From Pedobacter sp. (lineage in GTDB: Bacteria; Bacteroidota; Bacteroidia; Sphingobacteriales; Sphingobacteriaceae): 64,000 nt of DNA. The DNA lies in contig SEDO01000008.1 of assembly GCA_004211595.1 (NCBI GenBank), forward strand, positions 41,835 to 105,834. The letters are read 5' to 3'. The notes beneath the pieces were generated by a model. The model saw nothing but the letters and a program-made list of their open reading frames with translations. It had not been told where the DNA came from and did no database searches. The position numbers were made by a program, and so were the translations under genes. This document shows, piece by piece, positions 1 through 9,586 of the stretch (its first letter is position 1; each line of letters opens with the position of its first letter).

Positions 1-110
1 TTTTTTGAGATCGGGATTTATGCCAGGTTAATTGGGGATAAATCAATTTTAAAAAGGATGGACTCTTCGCTAGGTACATGCTCAAAAATACAAAAGAGGA
101 ATAAGAATTT

Positions 111-1472
111 ATGAAAAAAGGGAATTATCCAAAATTATTTAAACAAGTTACCACTTTGCTGGGGATTATTGCCTTAGGTATCACTAGTAATGAAGTGGTT
201 GCTCAAGAAGTGATTACTGTTCAACAGGCTATTGAGAAAACCTTGGAAAATAATTTACAGGTTAAGAATGCAAAATTAAATGAGCGGTTAGCCGAGGTAA
301 ATTTTGAGCAATCTAAATTTGCCTTATATCCATCCTTAAATTTTGGAAATAATAATAGTATGAACTGGGGTCGTAACCAAAGTGCCTCAGGTTTATTTGA
401 AAACACTCAACGTTTTAGTATGAGTGCTAATTTAAGTTCAGGGGTTGATCTATTCAATGGATTTTCAAAAATAAACCAAATCAAACAAAACAAAACTTTA
501 GTATCTGCGAGTGAAACTTCTACAGATAAAGTAAAGAATGATTTGATCTTGCAAGTTTTTACATCTTATTTGCAGATTCTCTTCAACAAAGATTTATTGG
601 TTGCTGCTCAAGATCAATTAAAGGTGGCGCAAGCCCAGTTTAATCAGCAGGATATTTTGATGCAAGAGGGAAATAAAACCCTGGCAGATGTGTCACAAGC
701 TAAGTCTCAGGTTGCTACTGCTGAATTAAATGTAACGAATGCTCAGAATAATTTGGCTATATCTTACTTAACTTTAGCACAATTAATGGACATCCCATCT
801 TCTACAGTTTACGAAGTACAGGTACCTAATATTGCAGATTTTTCCTATAATCAAGGAAATTTAAATCCGGAGGAAATCTTTAATTCCGCTTTAAATACCT
901 TTCCAGACATTAAATTAGCCCAATTGAATACAGAAGCATCTCGGATTGGAATTTCTGTAGCAAAAGGCAATATGATGCCTAGAATTTCAATGAATGGATC
1001 TTTTGGCTCGAGTTACTTTTATAGTTATCATGCCAACATTCCCAATGCTACTTTTGCTGAGCAGTTTAAGAATAACCAAGGAAAAGGGGTAGGAATAAGT
1101 TTACAAATACCAATTTTCAATGGGCTACAAGCTCGTTCTTCGGTGACACGTGCCAGAATCAATTTGATGCAAAATGAAACGCAGGAGCAATTGGCAAAGA
1201 ATAATTTAAATAAGGTAATTTATCAAGCAATTGCTGACTTAAAAGCGGCAGAAGCTCGATTCGAATCTACAACCAAAGCCTTTTTAGCTCAAAAAGATGC
1301 ATTCTTTGCTATTTCAGAGCGTTATAATGTGGGCTTAGTAAATTCAGTAGAATTCAATACGTCACAAACCAATCGAAACAAAGCCGAATTGGATATGATT
1401 CAGGCGAAATATGACTTGTTATTCAGAGCTAAAGTAATTGATTATTACCTTGGTAAACCTATTAATTTTTAA
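111..1472 (+). CDS. TolC-family outer-membrane efflux protein
   Basis: 453-aa ORF with an N-terminal signal peptide and two internally similar coiled halves typical of OEP/TolC proteins. A membrane-fusion protein gene follows 22 nt downstream. Confidence 0.85.
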   Translation: MKKGNYPKLFKQVTTLLGIIALGITSNEVVAQEVITVQQAIEKTLENNLQVKNAKLNERLAEVNFEQSKFALYPSLNFGNNNSMNWGRNQSASGLFENTQRFSMSANLSSGVDLFNGFSKINQIKQNKTLVSASETSTDKVKNDLILQVFTSYLQILFNKDLLVAAQDQLKVAQAQFNQQDILMQEGNKTLADVSQAKSQVATAELNVTNAQNNLAISYLTLAQLMDIPSSTVYEVQVPNIADFSYNQGNLNPEEIFNSALNTFPDIKLAQLNTEASRIGISVAKGNMMPRISMNGSFGSSYFYSYHANIPNATFAEQFKNNQGKGVGISLQIPIFNGLQARSSVTRARINLMQNETQEQLAKNNLNKVIYQAIADLKAAEARFESTTKAFLAQKDAFFAISERYNVGLVNSVEFNTSQTNRNKAELDMIQAKYDLLFRAKVIDYYLGKPINF

Positions 1473-1494
1473 TCTAATTTTTTAAATCAAACAT

Positions 1495-2838
1495 ATGAAA
1501 CTAAAGCACATTTTAATTGTAATTGGTGTCTTAATTGGAGCAGCTGTTATTGCCAAAATGACTGGCTTAATTGGGGGAGATTCAATTGAAAAAGTTACTA
1601 TTGATAAAGTAGCAGAAAAGAAAATTGTGGAAACTGTAACGGCGAGTGGGAAGTTACAACCAGAAACAGAAGTGAAATTGAGTTCTGAAGTTTCTGGGGA
1701 GGTTACTGAATTATTAGTTAAAGAAGGTGATGTGGTAAAAAAAGGTCAACTTTTATGTAAAGTTAGACCTGATGTTTTACAATCAGGATATGAAAGAGCA
1801 GTGGCATCTTATAATTCCCAAAGAGCTTCTGTGGCATCTTCACAACAACAATTAGCACAAGCTCAAGCCAATTTTGATAATGCGGAGGCTACTTACGAAA
1901 GAAATGTTGCCTTATATAATAAAAAAGTTATTTCAGCTGCAGAATTTGATGCCGCTAAAGCTGCTTATTTAACATCCAAAGCAACGCTTGCTAGCGCTAA
2001 AGAAAATGTAACTGCTGCAAAATTTGGCTTAGAACAATCAGGTGCAAATGTTAAAGAAGCCGGAGCAAATTTAGCTAAAACCACTATTTACTCGCCTGTT
2101 GATGGCGTTGTATCTAAATTATCTATTGAACTTGGCGATAGAATTTTAGGTACTTCTCAAATGGCAGGTACGGAGATAATGAGAATCTCTAACTTAACCA
2201 GTATGGAAGTAAATGTGGAAGTAAATGAGAATGATATTAACCGCGTAAATGTAGGTGATAGTGCTTCCATAGAGATTGATGCATTTTCTGATAAGAAATT
2301 TAAAGGCGTGGTAACTGAAATCGCTAGTTCATCTACTAATATTGGAGCGGCTACTGCTTCTGTAGATCAAGTAACAAATTTTTCAGTAAAAGTTCGCATC
2401 CTTGCCGACTCTTATGAAAATGTCAAAGGGGCTAAAGATTTACCTTCGCCATTCAGACCAGGTTTATCTGCCACTGTAGATATCGATAGTCAAACTGAAA
2501 AGGGTTTAGCTATTCCAATTCAAGCGGTCTTTACTTCTGATGTAAGAGATGTGAAAGCTACAAATCAATCGCAAGATGAGGACAAAAAGAAAACCACGGC
2601 TAAAAAAGAAGTGAAACAATATGTTTATACTTTTGATGCTAAGGCTAGTACAGTGAAAAAGGTGGAAGTTACTACCGGAATTCAAGATGATCAGTTCATT
2701 ATCTTAAAAACAGGATTAAAAGTAGGTCAAGAAATTGTGAGTGGTCCGTATTCAGCTATTCAAAATAAACTGAAAGATGGTGCTAAAGTAGAAGTAACAA
2801 CTAAAGATAAATTGTTTACCGTAGATAAGAAAAACTAA
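1495..2838 (+). CDS. HlyD/membrane-fusion-protein family efflux adaptor subunit
   Basis: 447 aa with an N-terminal TM anchor, a lipoyl-like motif (VKEGDVVKKGQLL), a long Ala/Gln-rich coiled-coil hairpin and a beta-barrel C-terminal part. It is adjacent to the TolC-like gene. Confidence 0.85.
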   Translation: MKLKHILIVIGVLIGAAVIAKMTGLIGGDSIEKVTIDKVAEKKIVETVTASGKLQPETEVKLSSEVSGEVTELLVKEGDVVKKGQLLCKVRPDVLQSGYERAVASYNSQRASVASSQQQLAQAQANFDNAEATYERNVALYNKKVISAAEFDAAKAAYLTSKATLASAKENVTAAKFGLEQSGANVKEAGANLAKTTIYSPVDGVVSKLSIELGDRILGTSQMAGTEIMRISNLTSMEVNVEVNENDINRVNVGDSASIEIDAFSDKKFKGVVTEIASSSTNIGAATASVDQVTNFSVKVRILADSYENVKGAKDLPSPFRPGLSATVDIDSQTEKGLAIPIQAVFTSDVRDVKATNQSQDEDKKKTTAKKEVKQYVYTFDAKASTVKKVEVTTGIQDDQFIILKTGLKVGQEIVSGPYSAIQNKLKDGAKVEVTTKDKLFTVDKKN

Positions 2839-2881
2839 GTTATGTAGTTTATTAACTTATATTCTTTACTTTTGAATATAA

Positions 2882-2917
2882 AAGGTTTAAGTGAGCATTC
2901 ACTTAAACCTTTTTTTT
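2882..2917 (+). terminator. Rho-independent terminator after the TolC/MFP pair
   Basis: 13-bp perfect stem AAGGTTTAAGTGA / TCACTTAAACCTT with loop GCAT, followed by a T-run. Confidence 0.8.
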
Positions 2918-2939
2918 ATGATTAGTCAAATTAAAAGTG

Positions 2940-3938
2940 ATGCAAGATAAGATAGCCATGATCGGAGGAGGTAGCTGGGCAACAGCTATCATCAAAATGT
3001 TAAACGATAATAATACTTCAAAAGAGATATTTTGGTGGATGCGTAATGAAAGTGCCATTCATCATATTCAAACCTATAAACACAATCCTAATTACCTCAG
3101 TTCAGTCGAAATTAAACTACCTCCAGAGAATGTTTCATTGGATATGAAGTATATTGTCCAGGCGGTGGATTATTTAATTCTAAATGTTCCGGCGGCTTTC
3201 TTAAAAGAAACATTAAAAGAAATTACCGCCTCAGATTTAAAGGGTAAAAAAATTATCTCAGCTATCAAGGGAATTGTACCCGATGAGAATTTAATTGTCG
3301 GAGATTATTTACAACAGGCTTATCAAATACCTGCAGAGGATATATTAGTAATTAGTGGACCTTGTCATTCAGAAGAGGTGGCTTTAGAAAAGCTGTCCTA
3401 CCTCACAATTGCCTGTAAAGATTTAGTTTTAGCGGAGCGATTTGCCAATATGTTAAGTACACGTTATATTAAAACTAATATTTCAGATGATATTTATGGG
3501 ACAGAATATGCCGCAGTATTAAAAAATATTTATGCAGTAGCTTCGGGAATCTGTCATGGTTTAGGATATGGTGATAACTTTCAAGCTGTTTTAATATCTA
3601 ATGCAATTCGTGAAATGGAATCTTTCGTCGAGAAAATTTATCCAATTCATAGGGATATTAAAGAATCAGCTTATCTAGGAGATTTGTTAGTTACTGCTTA
3701 TTCTCAGTTTTCAAGAAATAGAACTTTTGGGAATATGATTGGGAAAGGCTATACAGTAAAATCTGCTCAATTGGAGATGAATATGGTCGCAGAAGGCTAT
3801 TATGCAACTCAATGTATGCACTTTATCCGTGAAAAATATGATGTTACTATGCCTATTTTGGAAGCTGTTTATCATATTTTATATAAGCAGGAATCACCTC
3901 AATACTCGATAAAATCATTAGAAAATATTCTGAATTAA
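2940..3938 (+). CDS. gpsA: NAD(P)H-dependent glycerol-3-phosphate dehydrogenase
   Basis: N-terminal Rossmann motif IAMIGGGSWATA and full-length GpsA-like sequence. The ATG at 2940 is preferred over the GTG at 2937. Confidence 0.9.
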   Translation: MQDKIAMIGGGSWATAIIKMLNDNNTSKEIFWWMRNESAIHHIQTYKHNPNYLSSVEIKLPPENVSLDMKYIVQAVDYLILNVPAAFLKETLKEITASDLKGKKIISAIKGIVPDENLIVGDYLQQAYQIPAEDILVISGPCHSEEVALEKLSYLTIACKDLVLAERFANMLSTRYIKTNISDDIYGTEYAAVLKNIYAVASGICHGLGYGDNFQAVLISNAIREMESFVEKIYPIHRDIKESAYLGDLLVTAYSQFSRNRTFGNMIGKGYTVKSAQLEMNMVAEGYYATQCMHFIREKYDVTMPILEAVYHILYKQESPQYSIKSLENILN

Positions 3939-3948
3939 TATAAAAAAA

Positions 3949-3974
3949 AAGGCTGTATTGTAAAATACAGCCTT
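3949..3974. terminator. Bidirectional terminator between convergent gpsA and the helicase gene
   Basis: Stem AAGGCTGTATT / AATACAGCCTT with loop GTAA, flanked by an A-run on the left. Confidence 0.7.
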
Positions 3975-3996
3975 CCATTGAAAAGGGGGTAAATCC

Positions 3997-5850
3997 TTAT
4001 CTTCTGTTTCTATTTTCTCTTCGGCCCGAACCTCTATCTTCTCTTGGTTTCCCGGAGAAGTCTCTGAAGCCGCCTGAAGCTGAACTAGACTGATTATCTC
4101 TACGGCCACTTGAACGTCTATCTGAACCACCTGATCTACCGCCATCCCTGCGTGATCCTGAAGATCGTCTACGGTCGGCACCACCTTCGTAGCCACGACT
4201 AACCGGTGCTTCTCCACTTACTTCAATTCTAACTTCACGTCCGTTATATTTTACGTTTTTGAAATTAGTAAACAAGCTATCTACAGTTGAGTTTTCAACT
4301 TCGATAAATGAATAAACACCTTTTAAATCTATTTTACCAACGGCTTTTCCATTGATTTTGCCATTATTACAAACAAAACCTAATAAATCACCTCTGGTAA
4401 AATCATCTACAGAACCGACATTAATAAATAGGCGGGTAAAATCACCATTACTAGCATGACGACTACCGCGTTCTCCTCTATCTCCTCTTTCCCCACGTTC
4501 TCCTCTGCCAGATCTTTCATCCGGAGCATTTAAGTCAGGAGCGTTTTGGTAATAAGATAAGAATCTGTTAAATTCTAAAGATGCAAATCGTTTAATTACT
4601 TCTTCTTTGCTTAATTCCGCAAACTCATCCATTATACGTGGAATATATTGATCAATTTGATCTGTATTTACTTCTACGTTTTGAACTTTATGAATTAAAC
4701 TAAACAATTGTTTTTCACATACATCAAATCCTGTTGGTAATTCAGCTTTAGTAAAGGACTTACCAATTATTTTTTCGATTTGACGGATTTTTCCAGTTTC
4801 TTTTGAGTTTACTATACAAATAGAAACACCCGTTTTGCCGGCTCTACCGGTACGGCCACTTCGGTGAGTGTATGACTCAATTTCGTCTGGAAGAGAGTAG
4901 TTAATAACGTGTGTAACATTATTTACATCAATTCCACGAGCAGCTACGTCGGTTGCAATTAATAATTGCATATGACGCTCTCTGAAACGTTGCATAACTT
5001 TATCTCTTTGTTGTTGAGATAAATCTCCATGTAAAGAATCAGCATTATAACCATCCTTAATTAGATGGTCAGCAATTTCTTGGGTGTCCATTTTGGTTTT
5101 ACAGAAAACCACGCCAAAAATATCTGGGTTAAAATCTACGATACGTTTTAAAGCAGCATATTTATCACGCGCTTTAACCACATAATATTCGTGTTCGATA
5201 TTTACATTCCCGGTATTTTTGGTGCCCATGGTTAATTCCACTGGGTTGTCCATGTAATTTTTAGCTATTCTACGCACTTCTGGTGGCATAGTTGCTGAAA
5301 ATAACCAAGTTTTTTTATCGTCTGGAGTAGTTGATAATATGTCGTTTATGTCTTCTTGGAAGCCCATATTTAACATTTCATCTGCTTCATCCAATACTAC
5401 GTAATTTACATTAGAGAAATCTATGGCTTTACGGCCAATAATATCTAACATACGGCCGGGCGTGGCCACTACGATTTGCACACCATTACGTATTTCACGT
5501 AATTGTTGCATAATGTTTGCACCGCCATAAACTGCAACTACATGTGCGTTAGGGGTGTTTTTTGAGAAATTTCGAAGGTCGTTAGCTATTTGTAAACATA
5601 ATTCCCGAGTTGGGCATAAGATTAAAGCCTGTGGCTTGTTTACATTGAAATCGATTAATTCTAACAGCGGCAATCCGAATGCGGCTGTTTTTCCTGTTCC
5701 TGTTTGGGCCAAACCAACAAAGTCGTTACTACCTTCTAACAGTACAGGAATAGATTGCTCCTGAATAGGCGTAGGGTTTTCAAATCCTAAGGCCTTTATG
5801 GCACTAACAACGTCATCATTTATCCCCAATTTACTAAATGGGTTTATCAT
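3997..5850 (-). CDS. deaD: DEAD-box ATP-dependent RNA helicase with DbpA-type RNA-binding domain and Arg/Gly/Ser-rich tail
   Basis: Q-motif (GFENPTPIQ), Walker A AQTGTGKT, DEAD box (VLDEADEM), SAT, HRSGRTGRAG, a DbpA-like domain (FINVGSVDDFTRGDLLGF...) and a GERGERGDRGERG / RRSSGSRRDGGRSGG tail. Confidence 0.9.
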   Translation of the reverse strand: MINPFSKLGINDDVVSAIKALGFENPTPIQEQSIPVLLEGSNDFVGLAQTGTGKTAAFGLPLLELIDFNVNKPQALILCPTRELCLQIANDLRNFSKNTPNAHVVAVYGGANIMQQLREIRNGVQIVVATPGRMLDIIGRKAIDFSNVNYVVLDEADEMLNMGFQEDINDILSTTPDDKKTWLFSATMPPEVRRIAKNYMDNPVELTMGTKNTGNVNIEHEYYVVKARDKYAALKRIVDFNPDIFGVVFCKTKMDTQEIADHLIKDGYNADSLHGDLSQQQRDKVMQRFRERHMQLLIATDVAARGIDVNNVTHVINYSLPDEIESYTHRSGRTGRAGKTGVSICIVNSKETGKIRQIEKIIGKSFTKAELPTGFDVCEKQLFSLIHKVQNVEVNTDQIDQYIPRIMDEFAELSKEEVIKRFASLEFNRFLSYYQNAPDLNAPDERSGRGERGERGDRGERGSRHASNGDFTRLFINVGSVDDFTRGDLLGFVCNNGKINGKAVGKIDLKGVYSFIEVENSTVDSLFTNFKNVKYNGREVRIEVSGEAPVSRGYEGGADRRRSSGSRRDGGRSGGSDRRSSGRRDNQSSSASGGFRDFSGKPREDRGSGRRENRNRR

Positions 5851-5915
5851 TTTATGATTTTTAATTGAGGCGCAAAGGTACGGAAAAAAATTGGTATTTT
5901 AAGTGTATCAGCTAA

Positions 5916-6374
5916 TTAACGTAAACGATCTGCACTTTTTAGTAATTTTTCATCTTGTTTTATAGCTCTAATAGCTAATAGACAGAACACTATAGCCATA
6001 GCTGGAATAAATAATCCTGGCTCAATAGTGCGACTTTCTATAGATCCAGGTATGGTTTTGGCTAATTGAGAACTCCAATAAGCAATACCTAAGGCAAAGA
6101 AGTTGGCAAGTAAACCAATCATTTTTTGAAGCTTTCTATTTTTATATTGAAAAATAGCAAATAAATAGAAGGCTATTAAGATCCCAATAGCTAATATAAA
6201 AGTCGAATTGGAAGCTAACTTATTACTTTGATCTCCTACAACTTCAAACAATCCTAAACCATTGATGTAAAAGCTCTTTTCAGGACTTTGGTTCGTTACA
6301 AAAGGAACGAAAAAAAGAGTTGAAGTAGTGATGGCGGCCAATAAAAACCAAATGGATTGAATTCTTTGTATCAT
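5916..6374 (-). CDS. Small polytopic membrane protein (DUF4293-like)
   Basis: About four predicted TM helices. The N-terminus MIQRIQSIWFLLAAI from the internal ATG at 6374 resembles DUF4293 starts, whereas the track ORF begins at an upstream GTG (6398). Confidence 0.55.
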   Translation of the reverse strand: MIQRIQSIWFLLAAITTSTLFFVPFVTNQSPEKSFYINGLGLFEVVGDQSNKLASNSTFILAIGILIAFYLFAIFQYKNRKLQKMIGLLANFFALGIAYWSSQLAKTIPGSIESRTIEPGLFIPAMAIVFCLLAIRAIKQDEKLLKSADRLR

Positions 6375-6452
6375 GATTAGTCTGAATTGTTTAAACACAA
6401 AAATAGAAAAAGATTCTTTATTTGCAGGCCTTTGAAAAGCTTTTAATATAAA

Positions 6453-7229
6453 ATGGTTAAATTTGCTGAAGTGGAAAAGAAGCGATATTTCATAGAATTA
6501 AGTTACGACGGGACGTTGTTTCATGGTTGGCAAACCCAACCAAATGCCGAAACTGTACAGGCACGAATCGATGCTGCTTTAAGTATTTATTTTAGACAAA
6601 CTATCGAGAGTCTGGGTTGTGGAAGAACAGACACAGGTGTACATGCCCATCAATTTTTTGCTCACTTTGATTTAGATCAAACTTTAGCTAAACCTCCTCA
6701 AGCTTGGGTATCCGGTTTAAATGCCTTATTGCCTAGAAGTATAGCGATTAAGCAAGTTTTTGAAGTAAGTTCAAATGCTCATGCAAGATTTGATGCAGCA
6801 TCCAGAACTTATGATTATCATATTCATTTTCATAAAGATCCCTTTAAGCAGCAACGATCTTGGCAATATAAAGGTCACTTGAATGTGCCGTTAATGCAAG
6901 AAGCAGCCAATACTTTAGCTGATTATGAAGATTTTACAAGTTTTTCTAAATTGCACACCCAAACTTTCACTAATAATTGTAAAATCTATCAAGCTGTTTT
7001 TAAAGAAAAAAAAGATGGTTCCTTAGTTTTTACCATTTCGGCGGATCGGTTTCTTAGAAATATGGTGAGAGCCATTGTGGGGACCTTGGTGGAAGTAGGA
7101 AAAGGGCAAATTGATGTAACTCAATTTAGAGAAATAATAAAAAGTAAAAGTAGAAGTAATGCAGGGCAATCTGTACCTGCTTGTGGTTTATATTTAGTGA
7201 ATGTAACTTATCCGTATGTCAAACATTAG
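6453..7229 (+). CDS. truA: tRNA pseudouridine(38-40) synthase
   Basis: TruA hallmarks: YFIELSYDGTLFHGWQ.QPN and the catalytic GCGRTDTGVHA motif. Confidence 0.92.
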   Translation: MVKFAEVEKKRYFIELSYDGTLFHGWQTQPNAETVQARIDAALSIYFRQTIESLGCGRTDTGVHAHQFFAHFDLDQTLAKPPQAWVSGLNALLPRSIAIKQVFEVSSNAHARFDAASRTYDYHIHFHKDPFKQQRSWQYKGHLNVPLMQEAANTLADYEDFTSFSKLHTQTFTNNCKIYQAVFKEKKDGSLVFTISADRFLRNMVRAIVGTLVEVGKGQIDVTQFREIIKSKSRSNAGQSVPACGLYLVNVTYPYVKH

Positions 7230-9003
7230 TGGAGATTCCTTTAATTTTAATTTGTTAAAACGAGTTTTCGCTTATGTTAAGCCTTATCGTGGGCTTTTTA
7301 TTTGGTCGGTGTTTTTAACATTTGCTTTAGCCGCCATAAGTCCGGTTAGGCCATGGCTAATAGGGTATACCTTAGATAATTTTATATTAAAATCGAATTA
7401 TCCTGGGCTAGTTAAGATGACCATCTTGATGCTGGTTTTACTCATTCTTCAAGCCTTAATACAATATTTTCAAACCTTATTAACTAATAGCATTGGACAA
7501 TCGGCAATACGGGATTTACGAATAAAAGTATTTAATCATATTTCTAAACTTCGCTTAAAGTACTTTGATAATACGCCTATTGGTCAGTTAATTACTCGTA
7601 CGGTATCAGATTTAGAAACCATCGCGGATATCTTTTCAGAAGGCTTAATTGCTATGATTGGCGATTTACTGCAGGTGATTGTGATTATCGGGGTGATGTT
7701 TTATATCGATTGGGAACTCTCATTGATGGTATTATTACCCATTCCATTACTACTTATTGCTACTCGGATATTTCAACGTGCCATTAAAGTGGCCTTTCAA
7801 GAAGTTCGTACGGAAGTTTCCAATTTGAATACATTTTTACAAGAACATATTTCAGGGATAGCTATTATTCAATACTTTGCGCGCGAAAAACAGGAATATG
7901 ATAAATTCAGGCGTATTAATAAGCGTTATCGGGATGCCAATATTAGATCTAATTGGTATTATTCTATTTTCTTTCCAGTTGTAGAGCTTATCTCGGCATT
8001 GTCCTTAGGTATTTTGATTTGGTATGGATCAAAAAGTATTTTAGATAAACCATTGGCTGTACAGCCGGGTACAATAACAGCATTTATTTTGTTTTTAAAT
8101 ATGCTTTTTAGACCTATTCGTGAATTAGCGGATAAATTTAATACCCTGCAAATGGGTATGGTCGGAGCAGAACGTGTTTTTAAAGTATTAGATACAGCAG
8201 AGCTTACGCCAAATTTAGGATCAATCAAAAAAGGGAAGTTAGCCGGGAATATAGTTTTTGATAAAGTCTGGTTTAGTTACGATCAAGATGCCCTGCCGCA
8301 GGATGCTAAATATGTTCTAAAAGATTTGAGTTTTCAGGTGAATGCAGGTCAAACTGTAGCTTTTGTAGGAGCAACCGGAGCGGGAAAATCAACCATAATA
8401 AATATTTTAAGCAGGCTCTATGAAATTCAAAAGGGGAGCATTCTCATTGATGGTGTAGCCTTAACAGATTATGATTTAGGGTTCTTGCGTTCCAAAATAG
8501 CTACTGTTTTGCAAGATGTATTTCTATTTTCTGACAGTATCTATCATAATATTACCTTGCACCATCCAGATATCACGATGGAACAAGTTATAGCAGCGGC
8601 TAAACAAGTTGGTGCGCATGATTTTATCATGCGTTTACCTGGCGGTTATCAATATAATGTACAAGAACGTGGGGCTACGCTTTCTGTAGGACAAGCTCAA
8701 TTAATTTCCTTTATCAGAGCATTGGTTTATAACCCCGATATTTTAGTTTTAGATGAAGCTACTTCTTCCGTAGATACGGAGACTGAAATGTTAATTCAAG
8801 GCGCCATTGAAACTCTGATGCAAAATAGAACGGCCATTGTGATAGCGCATCGCTTATCTACCATTCAGCATGCCGATTTAATTATCGTTTTAGATAAAGG
8901 AGAAATTATGGAACATGGTACCCATCAAGAATTGTTGAAAATTAATGGTTACTATAAAAAGTTGTATGATTTACAGTTTAGTTCAAAAGGAATTCAAGCC
9001 TGA
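7216..9003 (+). CDS. Fused permease/ATPase ABC exporter (MsbA/ABCB-like)
   Basis: Six-TM N-terminal domain followed by Walker A GATGAGKST, signature LSVGQAQ and Walker B LVLDEATS. Confidence 0.88.
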   Translation: MSNISGDSFNFNLLKRVFAYVKPYRGLFIWSVFLTFALAAISPVRPWLIGYTLDNFILKSNYPGLVKMTILMLVLLILQALIQYFQTLLTNSIGQSAIRDLRIKVFNHISKLRLKYFDNTPIGQLITRTVSDLETIADIFSEGLIAMIGDLLQVIVIIGVMFYIDWELSLMVLLPIPLLLIATRIFQRAIKVAFQEVRTEVSNLNTFLQEHISGIAIIQYFAREKQEYDKFRRINKRYRDANIRSNWYYSIFFPVVELISALSLGILIWYGSKSILDKPLAVQPGTITAFILFLNMLFRPIRELADKFNTLQMGMVGAERVFKVLDTAELTPNLGSIKKGKLAGNIVFDKVWFSYDQDALPQDAKYVLKDLSFQVNAGQTVAFVGATGAGKSTIINILSRLYEIQKGSILIDGVALTDYDLGFLRSKIATVLQDVFLFSDSIYHNITLHHPDITMEQVIAAAKQVGAHDFIMRLPGGYQYNVQERGATLSVGQAQLISFIRALVYNPDILVLDEATSSVDTETEMLIQGAIETLMQNRTAIVIAHRLSTIQHADLIIVLDKGEIMEHGTHQELLKINGYYKKLYDLQFSSKGIQA

Positions 9004-9011
9004 GTATAATA

Positions 9012-9467
9012 TTATTTTCGCGTAAACAATTCAATTACTGTTTTACTCTGTGATGTTGTACCGTTTCCACTTAAACGGGTTTGTTGCAATAGCATCGTTC
9101 TCATTTTTAAGGAAGGTAAATTCCATATACCTAAAGTGTCTGCAAAATCAATATGTTCAGCTTCCTGATCTAAAGTGTAATTTCCAATGGGACCGTTATT
9201 GCGACTATATTGCCGATCCTCAAAAAATTTCAAGGTATCTCTAGCAATTGAATCAGGTAAATCTGCTGCTCTAAATCGAGTAGTATCTCGAGAAATCACA
9301 TTCCCATTTCTTTCTGTGAGGATAATCCGTTCGGTAAGCCACCAAGAGCCCTGGAGATGTTTTTCAGTAAATTGAATGGTATCCAGATTTTCCTTTTCAC
9401 AACTATTTAAAAAGAAAAGCAAAAAGGTGCCAAAAAAGATTAATCCAAAGAAGTACTGTTTACTCAT
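9012..9467 (-). CDS. Hypothetical lipoprotein
   Basis: Signal peptide with lipobox-like FLNSC. No recognisable catalytic motif. The ATG at 9467 is preferred over the TTG at 9476. Confidence 0.5.
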   Translation of the reverse strand: MSKQYFFGLIFFGTFLLFFLNSCEKENLDTIQFTEKHLQGSWWLTERIILTERNGNVISRDTTRFRAADLPDSIARDTLKFFEDRQYSRNNGPIGNYTLDQEAEHIDFADTLGIWNLPSLKMRTMLLQQTRLSGNGTTSQSKTVIELFTRK

Positions 9468-9586
9468 GCTAGGCAAATTTACTTATATTTTATTATCTAA
9501 TAATAATGCTTTTTTGGAATTATCAGGTCAGACTCTAGATTTTTTTTAAATTCAACCCCATAAACCAACCAAAAAACAAACTCAAT

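Noticed and set aside
221-406. Short antisense or alternative-frame ORFs in the six-frame track: 221-406, 3918-4217, 5555-5764, 7959-8228, 9050-9244, 9187-9375, 9679-9873, 10537-10803, 11049-11345, 11403-11699, 12446-12652, 13217-13429, 17764-17970, 19129-19323, 19345-19572, 19696-19890, 22763-22966, 24110-24298, 24523-24804, 24844-25029, 28129-28353, 32308-32544, 36071-36286, 36746-37039, 39444-39626, 39714-39995, 41907-42107, 44385-44576, 44808-45008, 45413-45595, 47265-47564, 48890-49228, 51109-51309, 52248-52442, 52255-52530, 55239-55442, 59898-60212, 61944-62180, 62668-62868, 62946-63194
   Set aside because: Each is nested inside, or largely overlaps, a long ORF with unmistakable conserved motifs on the other strand or frame. 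Their translations are low-complexity or compositionally odd, as expected of shadow ORFs.
111-2838. Incomplete efflux system (TolC plus adaptor without an inner-membrane pump) as an anomaly
   Set aside because: The window starts only 110 nt upstream of the TolC gene. The ABC or RND pump component could lie just outside the window, so its absence cannot be judged.
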